Positions 27,148 to 40,900 of a stretch of 64,000 nt of DNA are shown here, piece after piece. The translations under genes were made by a program, and so were the position numbers. Location: assembly GCA_028534125.1 (NCBI GenBank), contig CM052817.1, forward strand, positions 88,042,001 through 88,106,000, read 5' to 3'. Every line of letters begins with the position of its first letter. Position 1 is the first letter of the stretch. Under the pieces are notes generated by a model. That model saw nothing but the letters and a program-made list of their open reading frames with translations, was not told the DNA's origin and made no database searches. This stretch comes from Lama glama. Lineage: Eukaryota.

Positions 27148-27563
27148 TGTACTGATTAATTTTATGTGTCAGCTTGGCTGGACCATGAAATGTTCAGATA
27201 TCTGCCTAAATATTATTTCTCTATGTGTCTGTGGGGATCTTTCTAGACAAGATTAACATTTGAATCAGTAGACTGAGTGTAACAAATTGCCTGCTCCAAT
27301 CAAGTGGGCATATCATACAATCTGTTGAGGGAATGAATAGAACAAAAGGCAGAATCACTCTCTCTGCCTGATTGCTTGAGCTGGGACATCAGTCTTCTGC
27401 CCTTAGACTGGAACTTACACCACTGGACTCTGGTTCTCAGGCCTTTGGACTTGGACTGAAATTTCCACCATAAATTCTTCTGGTTCTCAGACTTGGTACT
27501 TGGAGTGGAACCACACCACTGACTTCTCTGTGTCTCCAGTTTGTAGATGGCAGATCAAAGGAC
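27148..27563 (+). mobile_element. MLT2 (ERVL) LTR, 3'-truncated
   Basis: tgtactgattaattttatgtgtcagcttggctggaccatg...gattaacatttgaatcagtagactgagt...ctggttctcaggcctttggacttggactg. Confidence 0.9.
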
Positions 27564-27564
27564 A

Positions 27565-27830
27565 AACAGACATCAGGTACCTTGAAGGATGTAAAATATA
27601 TCTAGTCATGTTCCTGCCAAACTGTATGACCTGTAATCATTAGGAGACACTAGACAAACTAAAATGAAGGGCATTTTCCAAAGTATGAGTCATATGCTCT
27701 TCAAAACTGTCGGGGTCGAAAGATGAAAGTCTGAGGAACTGAACACATGCTCTTGGGTTGGATATTATTCTTTTGCATTTTCTGTAATGCTGAAATTATA
27801 TCAAACTAAAGTAAATTAAAACAAACAAAA
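27565..27830 (+). mobile_element. L1MC-type 3' end fragment
   Basis: ttcctgccaaa..., tagacaaactaaaatgaagggcattttcca, ctcttcaaaactgtc, ctgaggaactg, tgaaattatatcaaactaaagt. Confidence 0.65.
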
Positions 27831-29639
27831 AATAATAGGTAGGAAAAGAAACACAGAAAGAAAACCTCCAAGAAAGAACAGATGGATATTTGATTGGAAA
27901 AGGAGGGGATAAAGAGAGATCTGCCTGGATCTCCTTCCTGCAACATGATAACATTAGGAATTCAGAGCCTAAAACTTTTGTCCTTGATACAGTTAGTGAA
28001 TATCTAAATACATAATATATGAAAAAAAAAGTGCTAGCAAGAGCAATGACATATGGTACTTTGTGTGCTGAAAAGCTGATCTTGGGAATTGAGCCAGTTT
28101 CTACAAAAGTAAATTGGGCATTTTTTTTCCTTGTCTGTAATCTATTTTTAAAGATTTTGGCATTTCAGCATAATGATGTAGACAGTATGTTAGTAAGTAT
28201 ATACTAGTTACTTTAAGATTCAAATCTAGGGGCAATCAATTGCTTTAATCAGAAAAACTTCCAAAGGGCTGATTAGCTGTTATTATATCAGAAAGGTGAT
28301 AATCCAAAGATAGTACTAAACTGTTTCCATTTTCCATAACTAGTTAAATAGTTGAATGTTTGCTCATCAACAATTTTGAAATAAAAATGGGTTTTTATTA
28401 GTGAAAGCATTGGTTTGTCAAATAACATGATGAATAGTAGAAATGGGTTCTCAATTTTAAATTCAGTACATTTGGGAAAACTAAAACTGTTATTACTCAC
28501 TAATGGTATTAAGAGTCTAGGCAAGCCAGAAACTTGATCACTGAACAGACTTGTATCCAGAAATTGATTTTGAAAAATTACTACTTCCCTGATGATAATC
28601 TTAAGGATAACAGAATCTTGCCTCTAGAATATTCTCCTCTGCTTTGTATGGACTTTCCATTTGAAGTTGTGGTTCAGAGTACCTAAAAAGAGAGAGAACT
28701 GGGGTTTTGTCAAACTCCTAGAACACATTTTATGAGGTATTTTCTGTTTACAATCTAATGAATGTTTGTTGTCTTTTATCTGTAGGACAGTGTTTGTTCT
28801 GAGATTTGCTTTTATTTTAACATGGTAGTAACTTTGTGGGGTAGTTAACTCTCATTTATATCAAACAGCTTTGGAAACTACCAAAAAGAAAGCAGGGGAT
28901 GTGCATTACTAAATGGGCTTTGGTCAATTAGCAACATACACATTGAGAAACAAAACCAAAATTCATTGCTTATCTGGTACATAAGAGAGCTTAGAGAATA
29001 TCCGAGAATAGCATTTGATTCTATGGTATGGTGGACAGAAAGAAAACAAGAGATATGTTGAAAAATAAGTCCTAAGCTAAATTTAAAAACAAGCAAATCA
29101 CAATCCCTTCAGTCCATTTTTAAATTTCAACCGATTTAAGCAATTAGTTTCAGACAATTTAAAAGGCAGTGTAGATGGGAGAGGAGGCTGAAAAAGAAAC
29201 ACATAGATCAGCTCCTTTGTAAGATGTAGCCAATGTTCAACAGGGCAAGTCAGAAAGGAAAAGCATGTGGAAATCACTGCTAAGGATAGTCTTGGTCAGA
29301 TCAGCAGAAGTAAATGTTAGATCACTGCAGGGAGCAGGAACACACAAGGCTTTAGGGCTCACTCTGCTTATTTCCTTCTATACCAAAGCAGAGAATTATC
29401 CCAAGGAGAGTATTCATAAGAAAGACTTCAGAGAAAATGGGCCAAAGTTCATGTGGCCTATTGACCCAAGTCTTTAGCCTCACTCGAACCATCTTTCAAC
29501 AAACAACCAAGCCAAAAAAAGTAACCCTGCATTTCAAAGGTGAAAAAAATAATTTACAAAGGAACCAGCATGGAATTTGTGAAAAGATATTGAAAGAAAA
29601 GAGAGAAAAGGAACATTAAAAGAGAAAGGAGGTAGGGGG

Positions 29640-32200
29640 TAAAAGATACACACCCCAAAAATTACATATCAGAAAAGCTATCTCACAAATTTGTGGATGA
29701 ATGTAATAGGAAATCAATGAAATTAAAATATGATTGGTCTGAAACAGAAATTCAAAAAAGAAATACAAAAGTAAATACAAAAATGCTAGGAGAAGAGTTC
29801 AGAAAATAAGGAAAGAGTAAATGAAATAATTATAAAAATGATGTTCACTTAGCAGAAGCAAGAAAGGAAAAAGGCACAGCTTTAAACAGTCAAGAACATG
29901 GAAGATGGGTCTGAAAACACAGAGGAATTAAATGGAAATCAGCAGTCACAAATGACTTGAGAAAATAAATATGTATGACAGAAATCTCAAAGCTAACACA
30001 ATCATGATTAACATCCTTCAAGAAGAAAGAATAGTTGAAACAGAACGACATTTGGAAGCAGAAGAATGAAATTAACAATTTCCTGATATGGGAAACCACC
30101 CAGCCTGATCTCCATGTCCCAAAAGCCAAGAAGGTCAAAGTAACTATAAAGAGGGGTACTGTTTGGACAAGGTCGGGGGGTGTCCCAGGACCACAAACAG
30201 ATTCATTCTCTCACTGGAAGGATGCAAAGAACTAAGAAAAGCTGTGACATCCATGGTTATGGTTTATTACCTTGAAAGAGTACTGACTAAAATCAGCAGA
30301 GGAAAAGGCTTCTAGGGAGACACCAGGAGAGCTTCCAGTTTGCTTCTCCTGTAGGAGCTTTGCAGATAGTACTAGCTTCTCCCAGTCATACATCATACGT
30401 GTGGCAACATGTGTACCACCACACATGGAATATTGCCAACCAGCTCACGCCAAAGCTCATTCACCTAAGCTTTGGTGTCCAGGCCTTTTACTGGGAGTCA
30501 TTCACATTAGTGTGTTGACTCACATTTAGACTCCCACTGGTCTGGAAGTCAAGCTGATATCTCACAGCCTCAGGCCCCCAGCATCAATCATATTATTAAT
30601 ATAGTCTCTGTGGCATGGTCCAGGGCCCCTAGGTAAATAGGTACTCTTATCAGACAGGATATTCCAAGGGTTTTGAGATTACCTCCTAGGAGACTGATAA
30701 GGGCCAAATTTTGTTTGGAAAATACAGGGTGTGAACTACCTTGAGTTTTCAAGTTGATTCCTTTTTGTGCAGAGAGAATCAGCCTGACCTTAGATGTCCC
30801 CATAGAGTGAGAGGATTGTGAAGATAACGTGTAAAGAATACTCAAAAAGGGAAAATGTCAATTAACTTTTCAAACTGATTATTGAGTAGGAACATTTATC
30901 TTTAGACAGGAGGGAAATCAGTAAACCCCACCCCTAAGTCATTTTCAAAACAATTATGGTAATTGTGGTTTAGAATCAAAGAAGTTATAAATAATGATGT
31001 TCCAATTAAAAAAACCAAAAATAGGTTAGTGAAAGGCCAAGTAATAAATATGGCTTATAAATTCACTGTTTTTTTATGGCTAGTGATCAATGATCAGAAT
31101 TAGAAAATCAACATCTCACAACTAAATCTAATAATAGACTTAAGAGTATTACTTACAGATGTAGATGTTAACATTAGTCATAATAATTTAAAAAATAAAA
31201 ACATCTAAATTTTAAAGTTTCAGCAGGAAAAAAACCCACACAAACACATGTACATTCATTCACACATTCATGACAGTATTGGAAGCTATAGTAATAGATA
31301 AAAAGCAAAGACACATTTAAAGCAGAAAGAATATAATAAGATAGAGCTAACTCCAAACATCTTATTAATAAATATAAGTGATAGACCTAGTCTTGAAGGA
31401 AAATGATACCAGATAATGCAAATAAAAAAAGAGAAGTTTGAAAACAAAGCAAACTTTTTAAACAGAATGAAAAACAGAATTCAGTAATGAAACAAATGAC
31501 TTTTAGAAGAAAAACAAAATTTTACGTAGTAAATAACAAAATCAAAATCTATCAAATACTATCTATAGAGATAATATTAGATAAAATAATAGAAACTCAC
31601 AATGAAATTAAAATGTTAACATACACAGAGCAAATAAACAACAAAAAATACAGACACAGACAAAAGGCCCAGATAAGATGGAGATAATTTATTAGTTACA
31701 TGTTAAACTCTGGCCCCTGAAAACAGACACTACATCATATTTTCAAGTGCATATGCAAGATTTACAATAAATGATTAAATATTAAGCCGCACAGTAAATG
31801 TCAATAGATTTCAAAACATCAAAGTGGTACAGACTAAAATCTGCAGTAAAAATGGACGAAGATACCATTTATAATCTTGTTGTTTGGAAATTCTTTCCAA
31901 ACTAGACACAGATCCCAGAAACTATAAAGCAAAAGGCAGATAAATTTCACTATAGAATTTTTTTGTCAGAGAAAACATTCAAACATAGATAGAGTTAAGT
32001 TAAAAACCACAGAAAGGAAATATACTATTTGCAAGAAATATGACAGATTAAGTTGTAATGATATTAATACAGGAAGAAAATATAAAAGCAAGAAATACGA
32101 ATGGCTGATACATACATATAAAGATGCTCAAATTTATCAAATACAACTGAAGATTAAAATACAGTAAGATTTTTTTTATCCTAGCAGCTTGAGAAATAAC
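29640..32200 (+). mobile_element. Very old L1/HAL1-like fragments (ORF1-like A-rich part, endonuclease end), interrupted by an LTR
   Basis: Strong A-rich plus-strand bias. 31730-31830 tacatcatattttcaagtgcatatgcaagatttacaataaatgattaaatattaagccgc resembles L1 EN 'YTFFSSAHGTFTKIDHILGH'. Confidence 0.55.
30160..30771 (-). mobile_element. MER68/MER77/MER21C-group solo LTR
   Basis: tgtcccaggaccac...gaactaagaaaagctgt...ggttatggtttattac...aaaatcagcagaggaaaagg...cttatcagacaggatattccaaggg; related in reverse orientation to 32942-33513. Confidence 0.75.
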
Positions 32201-32399
32201 CTTATATCCTAAATTATATCATATATCATATAATGATACATATATATCATAATCATATATCATTATTCTCTGCAGTTGCAAAAATCCAGAAATTTTGTCA
32301 TTATCTTTTATGTGAAATTTCTCAATTAGATGTTAATTAAAAGGATTGACTTGTTTCATATATTTTATATATTGCTTAGTATAAATAAGGGTGACAAGG

Positions 32400-32400
<1 letters not shown>

Positions 32401-32433
<33 letters not shown>
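32401..32433. repeat. (TG)16 microsatellite
   Basis: Perfect TG run. Confidence 0.97.
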
Positions 32434-32437
<4 letters not shown>

Positions 32438-32941
32438 ATTTTCTGAAAGGACATTCAAGAAACTAATTATTACCTCTTAGGTCAGAATAGTCTGATGAGT
32501 AATAGTTCTCATTCTATAAACTTGCAGGCAATTTGGATTCTGTAAACTTGTAGATACTTTTTGGAATAGTCAAAAATACGAATTAAAAAGGGCACGTTTT
32601 GTGATCAGCAGTGTCCAGGGCTGCAGATGTCTAAAGCAAAGGTCTGCAGAATTCTTCGGGCTCATTATATCAGGTGTTTTATGTGTCCTTCAGTGTTATA
32701 GAGGGGAGTTTCTTCAGTGTGATGAAAAGAAAAGCCAGATGACTGGTCTGAGAAGTGAATGAGAGATAAGGAAGTAATGCCATCAGTGCAGACTACTCTT
32801 TAAAAAAAATTAAGTTTGCTGCTCGCTACTCTCAATCTCTTTTTTGTTTTCGGTATATGATTTTATCTCTCCTTGACTTTTAGTGTTTCCAATATCTAAA
32901 GGAGAAATGTTTTTGTGTTTTTAACAAAAAGTGAATTCTAT

Positions 32942-33513
32942 TGCAGAAAATGATTAACTCAGCGAGTCCAGGTTGTGTGCACACTGCACGTTAAAGATTA
33001 GTCTCTTGGCTGATTCCGGGGAGGTAACATCTAAGTCTTTAGAGTACCCTATCTATTCAGAGTATCTGTTAACCTGGGGGACTTGGGCAACGAGGAGAGT
33101 TCTTGCCTGCAATGTGATTATGATGGCAGCTTCGACCGTGTTATCCGCTTGATCTCTGGAAGGGATGCAGAACAGAGGTTAGCAGGAAACCTTGCCTAAG
33201 TCACCAGACCTCAGTAAAAACCCTGGACATCTGGGCTCAGGTGAGCTTCACTGAGTGGCAAAGCTCTATGCGTTGTTGCCACACAGGGCTGGGAGGAATA
33301 AACCCTGTGTGCACAACTGCCCTGGGAGAGGACTCCAGGAAGCTTTCACCTGACATCTCCTAGACTCTGCCCTATGCACCTCTTCCCTTTGGTATTTTAT
33401 TCTATATCCTGTCACTGTAACAAACCATAATCATGGTATAATGTTTTTTCTGAGTTTTGTGAGTCCCAGCAAATCACTGACCTGAGGCTGGCATTGGTGA
33501 CCATGAGATCACA
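32942..33513 (+). mobile_element. MER68/MER77-group solo LTR with 5-bp TSD
   Basis: TG...CA termini flanked by tctat (32937-32941) and tctat (33514-33518); internal gtaaaaaccctggaca..ggctcaggtgagcttc..., tgagttttgtgagtcccagcaaatcactga. Confidence 0.82.
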
Positions 33514-34419
33514 TCTATATAGACAAAAAAGTACATGGACTCTCCAAAACCCTGGTTCTCTTTATTGAATTTATCTTCTCATTTAATAATATGAAGGAAT
33601 GGCTGGAGTTTGACTATTTGCTGAATTTTTAAATTACTGAAGCCTAAAACACACAACACACATGTCTTTTAAGAAAAAGTATTCAGAAGGGATTGTTTAT
33701 AGAATGGATAACTGCATTAAAGTATGCATAGAAAAGGGGAGTAAATCATGAAATATAAACTAATAATGAGGAAGTATTTAGATTTTACTTTCAAGAATTC
33801 AACATTTTATGATACACAGTTTTGTTAAGACCTATCCTGGTTGAGTTGTTTGCTATATTCCTAGCTTCCAGTATGACATCAGTAAATATTCTTGAGTAAA
33901 GCTACTTGCTGAATCAAACTACTGAAACCATTTATAAAAGGAATTCAATTTTTACTTTATGCAATTTTCTTAGTTTCTTCTAATTTCTTTTAGCTGAGGG
34001 TCTCCTCACAAGGACATAGGAATAAATTGAAAGACTATTTCTTCAAAAATCCATATCACAATTCCCTCACCACATTCAGGTCCCATGACCGAGTTTGGCC
34101 CCCACATTCCGGAATTCTTCCTCATCTTTGTTGAAGGTTTTCTCAGGGGCCTTGCAATTTGACTTCTATTTGCCTTCTTCATCCTGTATTTATTCAGTAT
34201 GACTGCATGTAGCTGAGACCTAACTGGGGGCAATGTTCTAGTTATTTGTTAATTGGATAGTTTCATGAAAATTACTTGAGGTATGGTGTTTCATCTATGT
34301 CCGCAGTGTTCAGCTTCCTAGTTTATATTCTGTTTAGGGAGTAGTGCTCCTTCAATATAATCCAAAGTGATGTGAAATGTGGCAAAGGTGGCAAAGGTGG
34401 CATCCTGTAGTGGGAGGAG

Positions 34420-34620
34420 AACTGCTCTAGTAGCCAAAGGACAGGATTCTTTTCTAATTTTGTGATTAATTGGCATAGTGTAACTGAAAAACCATTATTT
34501 TCTTATCTGTAACACACACACACACACACACACATGCATAACACCTGTCCTGTGTATATAACTGGGTTGCTCTGAGGACAGTGTGTCTATACTTGAGGAA
34601 ATATACATCTCCTATGAAAA
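34420..34620 (+). mobile_element. Decayed MIR with embedded (CA)n at ~34512-34534
   Basis: ttttcttatctgtaa followed by a CA run, then gggttgctctgagga. Confidence 0.5.
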
Positions 34621-34699
34621 GATGAGTTAACAGGTTTTAATTTTATATCAGTTTTTTTAGCTCCTCCTGTCTTTTTATGTTTCTTGTGCAGCTTTCTAT

Positions 34700-34915
34700 C
34701 TGAATATCTCCCACGTATTTTTGCTTGTTCACACCATCCTGTGTCCTCAAGATCCAGCTCAGATGTGTTTAACTCCCTTGTTAATTAGGCATTCCTTCCT
34801 GTATTTACTTCCCCAAACAAGAATATGTCTAACTCATCTTTATATATCCCTTAGGAATTTATAGCATAGAATTTTGCATATTATAAGTATGTCATAAATA
34901 TTTGTTGACTTGAAG
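34700..34915 (+). mobile_element. L2 3' terminus
   Basis: tcctcaagatccagctcagatg...tcatctttatatatccc...tagcatagaatttgcatattataagtatgtcataaatatttgttga. Confidence 0.6.
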
Positions 34916-37900
34916 TAAATTAAAGTTAGATTAATATGAATTTTTCTGAAGATGCATTTCCATTTGGAAATAAATTATTTAGCATCCATTATACACTCTT
35001 CAAAGAGCAATAAAGAGAATCTCTTTTCTATGAGAAAAAAAAAGTCCTAAAAGCTTTGGATGAATGGCTACTCTCTGTCTTTAAGAAAAAGACTGCAGGG
35101 ATTTAATTATTATACCCCCAAAGATTTTCAAACCTATATACCAGGTATTCTTCCTCAACTTAGGCATTTATTGCCAACTCAAGGGGGGCTTATTGAAAGG
35201 ATAGTAAAAACTTAGATCTGTTATTTTCCCATGGTATTTTGATAACTTAGTGACTTGATATATTCTTTCTTCTAGACTACAATTTTTCAGTGTTCAAAAT
35301 ATTAAAGAAATTAACCTTGGTTAGAATCCTATGATTTGAGGCCTCGAGCAATTTGTTACTTTGTATTGTTAGAGTTTGGGTGCTATGTTAAAAGAGGGAT
35401 TTATTTTTCTCATTTAATGAAGTCTGTTTTATTTTAAATGATTTCTCAAGGACATAATTTTAACTCATGGGATTGCTAGGCAATTCACTTTTCTATGAGT
35501 AATTTCTAAATTGCTTTTTAAAATTTATTATGTGCAGGGGGAAATGGTTTGAAAACTTTATAATAAATTTAATATATGCCAAGAGTATACTCTTGTGAGA
35601 GCAGATATGTCTGTATGTAGCTGTGGTAGCAGTTCATTTTGAATCTTCATGAATTTATAGGCATTCTATCAGCTTCTATTATAACTTAACATAAAAAATA
35701 AATTTAAAAATCCTAAAAATATTAGCACATTAAATATACAGATAGAATCTAGGAAAAACACACTCATATAAATGAGTAGAAAGGAAGATATCTTATTTTA
35801 TAATTAATACTATTATTATTCATAGCTAGTGTAAGAACATTGGAGTTACTATGTTCTTGTAATTGGACTGCTAAAGTAGATTGACTATGACCTGTTCTTT
35901 TCAATCATTTTGCAGAAAATTGATAACACTGATACAGACATTTTGTTTTATGACAGAAGTGTAATAGATACACAGTATGTACAAGTTCTCAATATGTGGT
36001 CAGTGGCTGTTTATCAAGATGAGTATGCTGTGGTTTTCTTGTTCAGCCTGGCGGAGGACAAGGAGGGCCTAGAAACAACAAAGGTCAAGATACTGGGATG
36101 TCAGGGTTTTGTCTGTAGTCCTATCTTCATCTTGATCCTGTCATTTGGGAACAAGTGATTTTCATTCATACTGAATAATGCCCCTGTTGAGAAAACATCA
36201 CCCACCTATCTGATTGTTACCGGGAGTGGAAGTGAAGTATTTCAGTTCACACAGAGCATTTATTGAAACAGACAAGGCTAACAATGTTTGAAAAACAGAT
36301 TGATTCCACACATGCCAAACATTTGCTCCTACCTCATTAAGCTGATATCTCACTGCTAAAGGCCAAGTAAATATCATCCTAGGCCATGTATTTTGAAAAT
36401 CTATTTTTTACGTTTTGTTTCACAATCACTTAAAGTAACTGGAAATAACAGACCTCCAAAACAGATGCCAAAGTCCTTTGCTAGAATTTAAATTATACAG
36501 GAAGTTTCTGAACAACTTTGAATACATTGGGTGGAAATTTACATTTTTTTCTTACTTGCTTATACTTGATAAAGCAATAACAGTAGTTGATTTGTATTAA
36601 CGAATGATTGTCTTGTACTTGTGTATATATATTAGTGTTCATCCATGCTTTACTGTGTATCCTGATTCTTTCTCTTTGTTTTTAGTGTCACATAGGTGAT
36701 GCAATGAGTTAATGACCCAATATCCCAATCTTCCAAAAAAGGAAAAGAAAAAAAATCCAAGTGTATTTATCTCTTATCATTTTGCATATTTTCAATGGTT
36801 CTTGAGAGCTATTAATGAAGCAAGTGAGAGGTTAAAATTAAAATATAATAAAATCACAGTATTTCAGTGTATGCAACTTTGACAATGTGACTCAGTAATA
36901 GGCTTTATTATATGAATGCACAGAATACTTCATCCTCTAGTTAAAAAGAGAAGTAGCTTTGAGACTATATGAATGAAGTTCCATAGAATTGAGGATCTAG
37001 CCTTTCCATTCACAGATTGAGTCAACTCAAATATTCATAAAGATAGAATTTAAACATAAGCAAGTTTGAGTCAATGTACTGTCATTCTGTACAAAAATAA
37101 CCAGAGTATATTTACTTGATATATATGTATCTTTATTCAGTTTACATAAATTGAAAAAACCTAAGTTCATAATGGTACTATTATTTATGATACATATATT
37201 TCTATTATCCTAGTAAAATTGAGAAAATAATGTCTTTAAAGATCATTCCATACAAACATCTGTCCTTAGAAAACATCATAAATAAATCATTCCAGACCAA
37301 TGAAGAAAGAAGTAGATCATCTCAGCTGAACAGACATAGTTGATAGTAATATCAATTGTTTTATAGTAGCAAAAATCAGTAAACATTAACCACTTATAAT
37401 GCGTAGGACAATACTAAATGTTTTATGTAAGTTATTTCATTAGATCTTTACTGTATACTATATAGATTCCTACATGGGAAAAGTGATACCTGGAGAGACC
37501 AAATACTTTTTCCAAAGAAACACAGCCTGCTGATGAGGTTGGTTGGTCTGAGGTCATCAGTTCTAACTATCTGAGTTATGTTTGTATTTCTTTGCCTAAT
37601 TCCCCAATGATATACTGATTCCAAAACAATGCAAAATAGAGAAATATACCTCATAACTGGATGCTGGCATTCTGTCACCACAACTAAACAAAAAACAAAC
37701 AAAAAACATAAAATTAATTTATCTTGAAACATGTTGGATTCTATTCTGATCACAATAGAAAACATCTTTTTTTTGTCCACTACTATACCACATGGCCTAA
37801 TGTACTGTATACATTACTGCATATTTGTTTAATAATTATTAATATTCTTAATCATTATCAAGATCACTAAAATTCAACATTCTACTCATGTATTTTCTGA

Positions 37901-40900
37901 TTTTCAATATTTGTGAATCTCCGTCCTTTGAATGCCCATAGCATTAGTAGTATGTTTTGTTGATATTTTTTAATCCCTTTTATCTCAATAGATGATGATG
38001 CTTGAAGGCAAATACTGTCTTACACAACTCTCCATTTGCTACAGTGCCTAGTCCCAGTAATCTGCTATATTGTAATGAATTTTTTCTCTACTTTAAAAAA
38101 TTCTATGCCATTTATTCATATTTGGCAATATTTGAACCTTACAAAAGAAAACAAAGGAACCAGATCCCTTCAAAATATTTTTCATCAACATGACATGAGT
38201 AAAGAAGTTAAAGCTATTTGACAAAAGAGATAGATATATACTCAAAAGGGGAGCTGAGTGGTAAGTGCACATAACAGGAAATATACTGGTCCATACTTCA
38301 TAGTCAATACCTCATACCAGAATGGTTTGTTACCATCTTTTAAAAAGACCTGTCTGAAGCTCCCTCTCTCCCTCTCCCCCCTCCCCCAAATTCTGAGAAA
38401 CTTACCTTCACAAAGTCTCAAATGGCAATCCTTCTTATTTCTAAAACTTAGCCAAATCAATTCCCTGAAAAAATAGGAAAGCAAATGTGGGTGGTACGAG
38501 TACAGAAATCGTGTAACAAATAAACTCAAACAGTTGATATAACTCACTCTGAATACTTGACACTAGAGAACTCAGGGGGAGTCTAATAATACCCACTAAA
38601 TTCTCCTTTGAGACATTTTAAAACAAATCAGCACTTGTCTTACACCTAATTAGATGCTTTCATAAACTTTTTTTTTTTTTTTTTGGCCAGAGATTCATTG
38701 AAAGTGCCCAGCTGCTGACAGTGGCAGGAGAGCCTGAACACTTCAGATTTGCCTGGGGTTGTACACCCACACAGCCTTCGGGACTACTGCCGACACTCTA
38801 GTCAGGGAGATCTTTCTGGTGGTGTCCTCATGTTGGGGAAAAAGAGACCAAAAAGGTAAGATACAAGCATGACAATAATTTCTACAACTATTACTCCAAA
38901 TCATAGTCATATGCAAACTAATAAAATCCTGTTTGTTTGGCGAAAGGAAACAAAGAGCAGTTCCAGAAGAAGTGTTTTTTGTTATATATTGGTCTATCAC
39001 TCCAATTAGACAAGCTTGCGTGGATAGAGTATTATTTTATAGCTTAAGAATCTATGTATTTCAAGAATAAGAATAACACAAAAACGAGTCAAGCTTTATA
39101 CTTTATACTCTATGTAGAAATTCAAGGTGTACTTTGGAATAAAAGTAATTAAGAAAAAGACTAATGCAAGAAAAAATAGTTTAAAAAGCCTTCCAATAGA
39201 ATGTATCAAAGAAGCTGGCAAAGTGGACAAAAGCAAGAACAAATAACCTCAAAACTGGAGATAGAGACACCGCAGAAAATAGAATAATCTCCAGTTTCCA
39301 TGGAATATCAAGGGACTTTTCAACAAAGTGCTATTTACAGCAATTATAAATTTCCAATCCAGGAGAGTCAGTATAAGAGAAACAGGTGAGGAAAAAGAAA
39401 GCAAAGCAATTTCTACTTTTGAAAAATATCCAAGAGGGCAAAGTATTTTATTCCAATAATAATTTTAGGAAGAAAAAAATGAAATATTAAGCTATAGCTA
39501 CAAAGAAACATTCTTATATTTGAAAGAGATTCTCAGTTGTGATTTTAAAAAAAAAAAGGTGTCCTTATTTTAGTTTCTAGAATCTGCTCACACTTGTTTT
39601 TCACTTGGATAGAAAAAGTTAAGCTCCTGTGACATCATATTCTCCTGTGACAGTTAATAGGCTTATTTTATTACCCAACTATGGCACAGTGCAAGTGGAA
39701 ATATAGGGCTAGATTTTATCACAGTGACCTGTGGAGCGAGGGCTGTAGCTACTATTGGAGTCTAGGACCAGGGCTTGAGGGATACTAAAGGCACCACGCA
39801 GAGGAGGTTACAAGGCACTTAAAGAGTTATCCCCATCAAATGCCAATAGTGCTTCTGAAAAGAAACACCAGCCTGAATGATCCCTTAAATCCGTGCACAC
39901 GACTAGTATCCTAAGATTCTAAAGTTCTGAGGTATTGTTAAAGAGAAAGGAAAAATCGGTGTGTGGTGATTTCAGCAGAAATCCCAAGATAAGTGCAGTT
40001 GACAACAACTTATGAGAGTAAACTGAAAGGAAATTTTGTTCTGAGAGAGGAAAACTATGATTTTCATGCATATGATATTCACATGCAATGGCAACGTTGG
40101 CTTGATAGCATGGCAAGAATTGTGAAAATGGTAATATTTATCAGAGGAAAATAGAATTTTATGGCCCTTAGAAATCATCCCAACCTCCTTATCACAGAAG
40201 TAAGAAATCTGAGGTTCAGAGAGTTTATGTGAATTATCCCCCAAACCCCCAGTAATAATACTCAATATTATGATCCTCCTTTCTTAGTAACATAATTTTT
40301 TAATCTCAGTAATAATATTTTGCAGATTTTAAAATGTGTGATTCAGATCTTAGGTGTGTAAATGTCTCCTGTAGTGGTTTTACATGCAAAAAAGCAATTT
40401 AAAAACTGCTCTTTTAAAAATGTTGTTGAAGATATTTCAGCCCAAACTGGCATGTTAAATAACTATTTGTTCAGCTGAAATCTCCAGTTTCTCCACACAA
40501 CCAGTAGCTCTCATGTGTTTGGAAAAGTTTTGGACATCCCTGAGATCATGACTCATGTAGTAAGTTAAGTGGCTATGCAAAACTCTTATACCATCAGGAT
40601 TTATGTTATTACTCATTGTTGTAACAGTAATTCTATTCTGCAGTCAGGCAAATATCTGGTTTACATTATAGTGAATACATTGTGGAGATTATTCTGTCTT
40701 CTTAAGGAAGCAACAACATGATGTGTTATTGGTGTTTACAATAATCTAATTAGTGAATTTACATACTGACTACCTCTTGAACAACTTCCTTCTGAAAAGG
40801 TTCTCTGCATACAAAGTGGGTGAACACCTTGAAGACAGAATAAAGTTAGTGATTCAGCCAGATTCCTTTTCAGTGTGTGATTTAAAAGTTTAAAGACAGT

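Noticed and set aside
27400..27525. Regularly spaced repeats (tggttctcag...ttggactg...accac) resembling an array
   Set aside because: Normal internal tandem repeats of MLT2 LTRs
30101..30801. cagcctgatctccatgtccca / cagcctgaccttagatgtccca similarity on either side of the LTR
   Set aside because: Short, imperfect and not at the LTR termini; not a TSD, plausibly chance
34006..34233. Minus-strand 75-aa ORF
   Set aside because: Non-ATG start, no recognisable similarity, no supporting splice signals on that strand
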